A model generated the notes under the pieces. The model had not been told where the DNA came from, did not search any database, and worked only from the letters and a program-made list of their open reading frames with translations. Below are positions 58,428 through 64,000 of a stretch of 64,000 nucleotides of DNA, one piece after another. Every line of letters starts with the position of its first letter. Positions within the stretch are counted from its first letter, which is position 1. A program made the position numbers and the translations under genes. Source of the DNA: Anaerolineaceae bacterium (lineage in GTDB: Bacteria; Chloroflexota; Anaerolineae; Anaerolineales; Anaerolineaceae); the NCBI GenBank assembly GCA_049302815.1, contig JBAQMM010000252.1, positions 957 to 64,956 of the forward strand. The letters are read 5' to 3'.

Positions 58428-59621
58428 ATGGCAAGAATAAATAACGGCAATCAAGTCCTCGATGATGATCACGAATCCTCCGCTCTGGAACGTTTGCTCG
58501 ATTTTGGACGAAAAAAGACCTATGTAACCTACGATGACATTCTACAATTCTTTCCGGATGCAGAACAAGATTTGGATCAACTCGAAGAGGCTTACACTGC
58601 TCTTCTGGGCGCAGGAATCAACTATACCGAAGAATCCAACATCCGCGAGGAGCCCAGTGATGATGAGCTCACTGAAGATGCTGGACCGCTGGATGACTTG
58701 GCGAATATTGACACAGACGATACTATTGGTCTTTACCTGAAGGAAGTTAGCCGGGTTCCTTTACTCAATGACATTGAGGAGGAAAAGAAATTAGCCCAGA
58801 GAATTGAGAAAGGTAAAATAGCTCGGGAAGAATTGGCAAAGGGGAACATTAGCCCCAAAAAACGGTTGGAACTGCGCCAGCAAATTGAAGATGGTTGGAA
58901 TGCCCGTGAGCACCTGATTACCGCCAATTCCCGCCTGGTTATCAGCGTGGCAAAAAAATATATGGGGCGCGGCGTTCCTTTCCTTGACCTGATCCAGGAA
59001 GGCAATATTGGTCTCATCCGCGCCACTAAAAAATTTGAATACCAGCGCGGACACAAATTCAGCACTTATGCCACCTGGTGGATCCGGCAGGCGGTTACCA
59101 GGGCAATTGCCGATCAGGGTCGTACGATCCGCGTGCCGGTTCACATGGGTGATCAAATCAACAAGTTGTTGCGCGTACAGCACCAATTGACCCAAAAATT
59201 AGGACGCGATCCCAGTGTGGAGGAATTAGCCGAAGCGCTGGAAGTACCGCCAAAAAAGGTGGAAAACATGATCCAGGTTGCCAGGCGTCCCTTATCCCTG
59301 GAAACACCAACTGATGATGAGGAAGATTCAGTCTTGGGTGATTTCATCGAAGATGACGAAGCTCCCCCGCCGGATGATACCGCCACGTACAACCTCCTTA
59401 GAGAGCATTTGGACGAAGTTTTGGATACCCTTCCCCCCCGTGAGGTGCGTATTTTGCAGTTGCGCTACGGCTTGCTGGATGGTCAGGCTTATACGCTGGA
59501 AGAAGTCGGGCGCAAGATGGGTGTCACGCGCGAACGGGTGCGTCAAATTGAAGCCCAGGCGCTCACCCGTCTGCGTCATCCCAGCGTCCGCCGTAAATTA
59601 AGGGATTATCTGGGAGATTGA
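58428..59621 (+). CDS. rpoD: Primary RNA polymerase sigma factor
   Basis: It has region 1.2 IGLYLKEV, region 2 [27 protein letters not shown]....[14 protein letters not shown], and region 4 LREVL..L..RE..IL.LRYGL. Confidence 0.95.
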   Translation: MARINNGNQVLDDDHESSALERLLDFGRKKTYVTYDDILQFFPDAEQDLDQLEEAYTALLGAGINYTEESNIREEPSDDELTEDAGPLDDLANIDTDDTIGLYLKEVSRVPLLNDIEEEKKLAQRIEKGKIAREELAKGNISPKKRLELRQQIEDGWNAREHLITANSRLVISVAKKYMGRGVPFLDLIQEGNIGLIRATKKFEYQRGHKFSTYATWWIRQAVTRAIADQGRTIRVPVHMGDQINKLLRVQHQLTQKLGRDPSVEELAEALEVPPKKVENMIQVARRPLSLETPTDDEEDSVLGDFIEDDEAPPPDDTATYNLLREHLDEVLDTLPPREVRILQLRYGLLDGQAYTLEEVGRKMGVTRERVRQIEAQALTRLRHPSVRRKLRDYLGD

Positions 59622-59697
59622 CGCCCACATCACAGCCGGGATATTTTCCTGGTAGTAATAAGAATTGTCCATTGCCTCGAAAAGGAATTGACCAATC

Positions 59698-60669
59698 GTG
59701 ACAGATCAAAATAATACGTCCCATCCAGCGGAATCAAAAACTCCTCAAAGTTCTGCAGCCAACCTCAGCCTCGGCAAGACCGAACCTGATCAGGTTACCC
59801 AACCGGTGCAGGTAAAGGCTGCTACACCAGGCAGCCTTCCGCAGCTAGATTCGATACCTGCCACTGGAGTGGACAACACTTCTGCTGCCCCCTTCGCGGA
59901 AGAGCCTGAAAGATCAACCCCTCAAACTGCCAGGATGAACGAGGATACCAGACCGGTTATGGTTTCAACGCAGCCTGCCGAACGATCCTTAGCTCAGGCG
60001 AGCCAACCTGATAGCTTGCGTGGGGAAACTGTTGACCTGCCAGAATGGCTGATAACCTTTGCCAGTCAGGACGAGACTTTCGCACCCCCGAACACCTTTA
60101 CTGAACAAACCCAGAAAGTTACTGCGGTTCAGCCCCTGATAGAAACTGGTACGGAAACTACCAAACCTCAGCCAGTTTCAGAAGAAGCCATCTTTCCAGT
60201 TAAGGTTGGAGACTGGGCCCACGAAGAAGAACTCACCGAAAAGACTTCAGATCTGGTCGAGGGCGAGATGCATTCTCAGAGCGAAGAAACCCAGGAAAAC
60301 ATTCTTAGGGCAGCCCCAAGCGCAATGCCGGCCGTCCCAATCCCCGCGGTTGATGATACCCCTTCCGCCGGGAACATTAACGAAGTGTTTCTTACAGAAT
60401 TTCAACAGAAGTTGGAGCTTGGGCAATATCACGAGGCAGCAGATTTGATCAGGCAGCATGTCGATGATCAGGTAATTCGGGACTTTGCCATCCAATCCAT
60501 GAGGCAGCACTTAAATCTACAGCCTGCAAGCCAACCGCTCTGGGATCTTTTCGCAGAACTGAACGCCAAAGAAAATCAACCCAAACTGGCCGTCCAGGCA
60601 CTGGAGACTGCCAGGCAAATCAACATGATTCACGGAGAAAGCAATGGAACGCTCACTGGTATTGGTTAA
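59698..60669 (+). CDS. Hypothetical acidic, Pro/Thr/Glu/Gln-rich protein with helical C-terminus
   Basis: 323 aa with a GTG start. The N-terminal two thirds are low complexity, and the C-terminal roughly 100 aa are helical-repeat-like. It overlaps the ndk start by 26 nt. Confidence 0.5.
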   Translation: MTDQNNTSHPAESKTPQSSAANLSLGKTEPDQVTQPVQVKAATPGSLPQLDSIPATGVDNTSAAPFAEEPERSTPQTARMNEDTRPVMVSTQPAERSLAQASQPDSLRGETVDLPEWLITFASQDETFAPPNTFTEQTQKVTAVQPLIETGTETTKPQPVSEEAIFPVKVGDWAHEEELTEKTSDLVEGEMHSQSEETQENILRAAPSAMPAVPIPAVDDTPSAGNINEVFLTEFQQKLELGQYHEAADLIRQHVDDQVIRDFAIQSMRQHLNLQPASQPLWDLFAELNAKENQPKLAVQALETARQINMIHGESNGTLTGIG

Positions 60670-61105
60670 ACCCGATGGGGTGCAACGAGGGCTGATCGGC
60701 AAAGTAATTACTACGTTGGAAGACCGCGGTTTACGCCTGGTGGCTGCCCGCTTCCAAATTGTCAGCCCGGAACTCGCCCAAGCGCATTACGCCGTTCATG
60801 TCGGTAAACCATTCTATGAGCCTTTGATCCAATTCATCACTTCCTCACCGGTCATGGCAATGGTATGGGAAGGTCCAGATGCCATCGCGGCTATCCGCCA
60901 GACCATGGGAAAAACCCGCGGCACGGAAGCTGCCCCCGGTACCATCCGGCATGATTATGCCCTGCAAGCCCGGTACAACCTCACCCATGCTTCTGATTCA
61001 CCCGAAACTGCCGAAGCTGAAATTGCTCTATGGTTCAAACCCGAGGAACTGGTCGAATGGAAACGGGACATCGAAGATTGGATTTACGAATGTGAACAAC
61101 GATAA
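60644..61105 (+). CDS. ndk: Nucleoside diphosphate kinase
   Basis: It has MERSLVLVKPDGVQRGLIG, and NLTHASDS contains the catalytic His. Confidence 0.95.
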   Translation: MERSLVLVKPDGVQRGLIGKVITTLEDRGLRLVAARFQIVSPELAQAHYAVHVGKPFYEPLIQFITSSPVMAMVWEGPDAIAAIRQTMGKTRGTEAAPGTIRHDYALQARYNLTHASDSPETAEAEIALWFKPEELVEWKRDIEDWIYECEQR

Positions 61106-61835
61106 TTTGGATGATCTTGTCTTGATTTACCTTGCAAAAGGTCGTTTTGCTGGGGAGATGGTCAAATCTTTCCTGGAAGCGCAAGGGATATCTGTGATGT
61201 TGAGCCAGGAAGCAGCCGGAGGCGTTTACGGTCTGACTGTCGGAGACCTGGGAGCTGCCGAAATTTTTGTGCATGCCAAAGATGAGGAAAAGGCAAAAGA
61301 CCTGTTGCAGGCCATGGAAGATGGTGAGTTCTCAGATGAACATCTGGTGGAAAAACTGGGTCAGAAAGAGTCCTTGGGACCCCAATCCAGATCTGAAGAA
61401 CAAGATCTGCAGGACCGCAAACGAGTTTTGATCCTGTGCACAGGCAATTCCGCCCGCAGCCAGATGGCAGAAGCCGTGGTTAACCATGACTGTTGGGACA
61501 AATGGGTGGCCTTTAGCGCGGGGACAAAGCCCGCAGGTTTTGTCCATCCCTATGCCCAGGCGGTTCTAAAAGAAGCCGGCATTTTCCATCAGGGCGAATC
61601 AAAGTCCGTGGATGTATTCAAAGGGCAGACCTTTGATTTGATCATCACGGTCTGCGACAACGCCCGAGAAACCTGCCCTATATGGCTTGGCAAAGGCAAC
61701 CGGATCCACGTCGGTTTTGAGGATCCTGCCGCGGTAACAGGCTCCGAAATGGAAAAAATGGCGGCGTTTCGGAAGACACTTGTACTCATCAGAGCCACCA
61801 TACCTCCAATCTTAAATCAATACGCAAGCGAATAA
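61092..61835 (+). CDS. arsC: DUF2007-like N-domain fused to thioredoxin-coupled (LMW-PTP-type) arsenate reductase
   Basis: The C-terminal half has the P-loop CTGNSARS (CX5R-S) and the VCDNARETCP Cys-x6-Cys pair. The N-terminal roughly 75 aa (LVLIYLAKGRFAGEMVKSFLEAQGI...FVHAKDEEKAKDLL) resemble DUF2007. The start is GTG 61092 or TTG 61107. The tracked start at 60879 overlaps ndk and is rejected. Confidence 0.78.
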   Translation: MNNDNLDDLVLIYLAKGRFAGEMVKSFLEAQGISVMLSQEAAGGVYGLTVGDLGAAEIFVHAKDEEKAKDLLQAMEDGEFSDEHLVEKLGQKESLGPQSRSEEQDLQDRKRVLILCTGNSARSQMAEAVVNHDCWDKWVAFSAGTKPAGFVHPYAQAVLKEAGIFHQGESKSVDVFKGQTFDLIITVCDNARETCPIWLGKGNRIHVGFEDPAAVTGSEMEKMAAFRKTLVLIRATIPPILNQYASE

Positions 61836-62121
61836 ATTAAAACTATGTAATTATTCAACTGTGTGGCAAATAATCCCTGTTCTTATCACAGTCAAGTGTC
61901 AATCATATGTAATGAACTTAACGCGAATTTAACATGCATTCGTGTATATTGTTTTTAGATCGATTGATTAAGTACTAAATCTTTCATACCTAGGCACACC
62001 TTGCTAAGCAAACTGACTTTGGTAAGTGATTGGGCAGGCAGCTAATGTAATGACTAAGTAGTTTGTGTTCATAAAAGAACTCATTACTGTCTCATGAGTA
62101 AACCGATTAGAGAGGTGAACA

Positions 62122-62856
62122 ATGAAAAATATGCTACGAGTTTTAAAGAGAATGGGGGAGGCTGGGATAATGACTTTGTTATTACCGTTTAGCGCTTCAA
62201 CGTACCATGATGTTACGAATCGAAAAAACGATTTTCTAATTCTCTCGCACAATCAAGAAGTTCCAAAAGACTCTCTCCCTTTTATATTACCAACGTTCCA
62301 AAGTATTCCTCAAAAGGAAGTGACAGTTGATAAACCTTCCCGGGATATGCGTGCTGAAACAAATTTCTATTCAAGTATTGAAGAATTAAAATCAGTAACT
62401 ACACTTCCACTGTATACCTTTGATTCGGACAGTATTCGAAGTAGATACGCTGGGGCGTTTGTCACAAGTTTCTTGAAAGACGGGAAAGTATGGCTTGTCC
62501 GGCAAGTCTATTCAAATGATCAAAGCGAAGAATTAACGATAGATACTATTCCTATTATTTCTCGACCAGTTCCTGTCTCTCCAGCTTTAGTTTCCAAAAG
62601 TCTGGGGGAACAAAATTTATATACTCATGATGATGATTATCTATGGGTTAATCCTGAATACACAACAGAAACGCCAAATCCTGGCATTATTCAAAAGTAT
62701 GATATTGGTTTCTGCATTATGTGGATTGAAAAAGATGTTCTATACGTGATCAATAATATGCAGAATTCTAGTTCTTTTGGTCCAGGAGTTCTACTGAAGC
62801 TTTTAATAAAACTATACGAGGAACCAGATGACAATCCTGACAGTGTATGTTTATAG
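62122..62856 (+). CDS. Hypothetical secreted protein (cassette ORF A)
   Basis: 244 aa with an AGAGGTG Shine-Dalgarno 5 nt upstream and a Sec-type signal (MKNMLRVLKRMGEAGIMTLLLPFSAS). It is AT-rich. I recognise no family motif. Confidence 0.6.
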   Translation: MKNMLRVLKRMGEAGIMTLLLPFSASTYHDVTNRKNDFLILSHNQEVPKDSLPFILPTFQSIPQKEVTVDKPSRDMRAETNFYSSIEELKSVTTLPLYTFDSDSIRSRYAGAFVTSFLKDGKVWLVRQVYSNDQSEELTIDTIPIISRPVPVSPALVSKSLGEQNLYTHDDDYLWVNPEYTTETPNPGIIQKYDIGFCIMWIEKDVLYVINNMQNSSSFGPGVLLKLLIKLYEEPDDNPDSVCL

Positions 62857-63397
62857 CCCGCTTGCCGGGTGGATAAGTGGCCGCGATTATTATTGTGGGG
62901 CAACATCAGTATGTAATGGTGATGGTGGCATCCATGGTTCCTGTGGAGGAGGACAAAACCGAGTGGACGTCGCCGGATCAGGAACTCTTTACTTTCGAGC
63001 AACAAATATTAGAAGCCTATACCTCTCTTATGGAACATGCGGTAGCGGATGCTCTACAGATATCATGCGAACTCTGAAGATAAGTCTATATGGTAAACCA
63101 GATGGATTTTGCCCAGTCGGTTCCGTTCTCTATGCACATGTTGGTCAACCATTGTTACCCTCAGGTCTACAAAACTATAGTGGTGGTTTATTGGCGATAG
63201 GATCGACACCTTCAGGGACATGTGGTGATTTCTACACCGGTGCACACTCGCACATGGAAAGATTTGGGGGCACCGTGGTTGCACCTTGTTGTTATGCGAA
63301 TGTCACAACAGGCACTGCAATCTATAAGTTCACTTGGGATGATAGCATCATCTGCCCAGGGATTTCGGAATTGGATTTTGAAGGTCCGTCACAGTGA
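62828..63397 (+). CDS. Cys-rich protein with M23A (LasA/beta-lytic protease)-like metallopeptidase motifs (cassette ORF B)
   Basis: 189 aa with 10 Cys. It has H36-x10-D47 (IHGSCGGGQNRVDVAG), YAH104 and TCGDFYTGAH140SH142MERF. This parallels the M23 pattern H..D / YxH / C.GG.STGPHLHF. It has no signal peptide and overlaps ORF A by 29 nt in the +1 frame. Confidence 0.55.
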   Translation: MTILTVYVYSPLAGWISGRDYYCGATSVCNGDGGIHGSCGGGQNRVDVAGSGTLYFRATNIRSLYLSYGTCGSGCSTDIMRTLKISLYGKPDGFCPVGSVLYAHVGQPLLPSGLQNYSGGLLAIGSTPSGTCGDFYTGAHSHMERFGGTVVAPCCYANVTTGTAIYKFTWDDSIICPGISELDFEGPSQ

Positions 63398-63915
63398 ATA
63401 AAAGACACATAAGTATTTGCCTAGTATTATTACTGCTTGTTTCTTGCTCTGTCGATAATGATGAAACCGCGCGCCCTACTGAAATTGCACCAACTGGTGG
63501 AATAACGACACCAAAAATCCTGACTTATAAGGCACCAGGAATTTCCTTTTCGGCGTTTGAAATCGATTATGATCCTGAAGCTTGGCAAGAGCAGAAGGTA
63601 GAAGGCAGTACTTTACGTTACCTAGAGTCTGTCCAACAGCCTGGATGTATTTTTCAAGACTTATTAGGAAGTGGAAACGGTCCTTATGGAGAAGAATTCC
63701 ATTTTACGATTGATGGAAGGAAATTTACATATTACCTAAATACACCTGATGATTATCCAGTAGAAAAAGCACATCAATCGCTCCTTATATACTATAAAGA
63801 CCCAAAACCTGATTCTTTAGAAAGTTGGGGTTTTCAAGTATTTGCTGATTCTCGGATGTTTGACCAATGCTTTGATCTTGTAAAAGAGCTTCTCAAGAAT
63901 CTGAGATTAGACTGA
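63394..63915 (+). CDS. Hypothetical lipoprotein (cassette ORF C)
   Basis: 173 aa with a signal peptide and lipobox LLVSC. It overlaps ORF B by 4 nt (GTGA). I recognise no family motif. Confidence 0.6.
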   Translation: MNKRHISICLVLLLLVSCSVDNDETARPTEIAPTGGITTPKILTYKAPGISFSAFEIDYDPEAWQEQKVEGSTLRYLESVQQPGCIFQDLLGSGNGPYGEEFHFTIDGRKFTYYLNTPDDYPVEKAHQSLLIYYKDPKPDSLESWGFQVFADSRMFDQCFDLVKELLKNLRLD

Positions 63916-64000
63916 GTTGTCCATCAATTCCAGCTTATCATGGGTCATCAGCTCTTTACCCAACCTTTGCTAGTTGATCCCAAGGGACCTATCCCCGCAA

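Noticed and set aside
58224-58472. 82-codon minus-strand ORF overlapping the rpoD start.
   Set aside because: It overlaps the rpoD 5' end and promoter region and has no motif or ribosome-binding site.
60879-61091. Upstream extension of the DUF2007-ArsC ORF into ndk.
   Set aside because: It overlaps the ndk coding frame, and the translated segment is Pro/Lys-rich with no similarity. Start candidates exist at 61092 and 61107.
63940-64000. ATG-led open frame (MGHQLFTQPLLVDPKGPIPA...) running off the right edge.
   Set aside because: Only 20 codons are visible, which is not enough to call a gene.
1-64000. Scan for CRISPR arrays, an integrase or transposase, prophage genes, toxin-antitoxin pairs and known defence-system hallmarks.
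   Set aside because: I saw no regularly spaced direct repeats, and no ORF has recombinase, transposase, Cas, restriction-modification or other defence-associated motifs I could recognise. The only mobile signatures are the two non-autonomous MITE-like copies.

Overview
This 64 kb window is a gene-dense, mostly housekeeping chromosomal segment. Gene content and style (ADP-forming acetyl-CoA synthetase, archaeal-type ApgM, PPi-type phosphofructokinase, T-box and glycine riboswitches) suggest a Chloroflexota/Anaerolineae-like bacterium, but that is inference only. Motifs I can read support about 60 protein genes:
- Central carbon and cofactor genes: gmd, glpX, apgM, pyk, pfp, korAB, ADP-forming acs, gcvH-PA-PB.
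- Amino-acid genes: hutH, argF, rocD, and aminotransferases.
- Translation, RNA and replication genes: valS 5' end, mnmA, ybeY, rsmD, rluB, rpoD, ndk, xth, scpB, plsX.
- Transport genes: a sugar ABC importer operon and a heterodimeric ABC exporter pair.
- Cell-wall genes: an L,D-transpeptidase and LysM/M23 proteins.

There is also one tRNA-Leu(GAG), a T-box leader in front of valS, and a single-aptamer glycine riboswitch in front of gcvH. I saw no CRISPR array, no autonomous IS or prophage, and no recognisable multi-gene defence system.

The observations most worth a second look are:
1. Two copies of a roughly 180-194 bp MITE-like element (7581-7760 and 38421-38614). They have terminal inverted repeats, 8 bp and 7 bp flanking direct repeats, conserved end modules and unrelated central cores.
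2. A visibly AT-rich three-gene cassette at the right edge (62122-63915). It contains a signal-peptide protein, an overlapping +1-frame Cys-rich protein with M23A (LasA/beta-lytic protease)-like H..D / HxH motifs but no signal peptide, and a lipoprotein.
3. Several decay signatures: an FdhD fragment upstream of a gcv operon that lacks gcvT, and two apparently frameshifted membrane-protein genes.
4. A roughly 1 kb very AT-rich convergent gap with inverted repeats.

All functional calls come from motif recognition by eye. No database searches were run.
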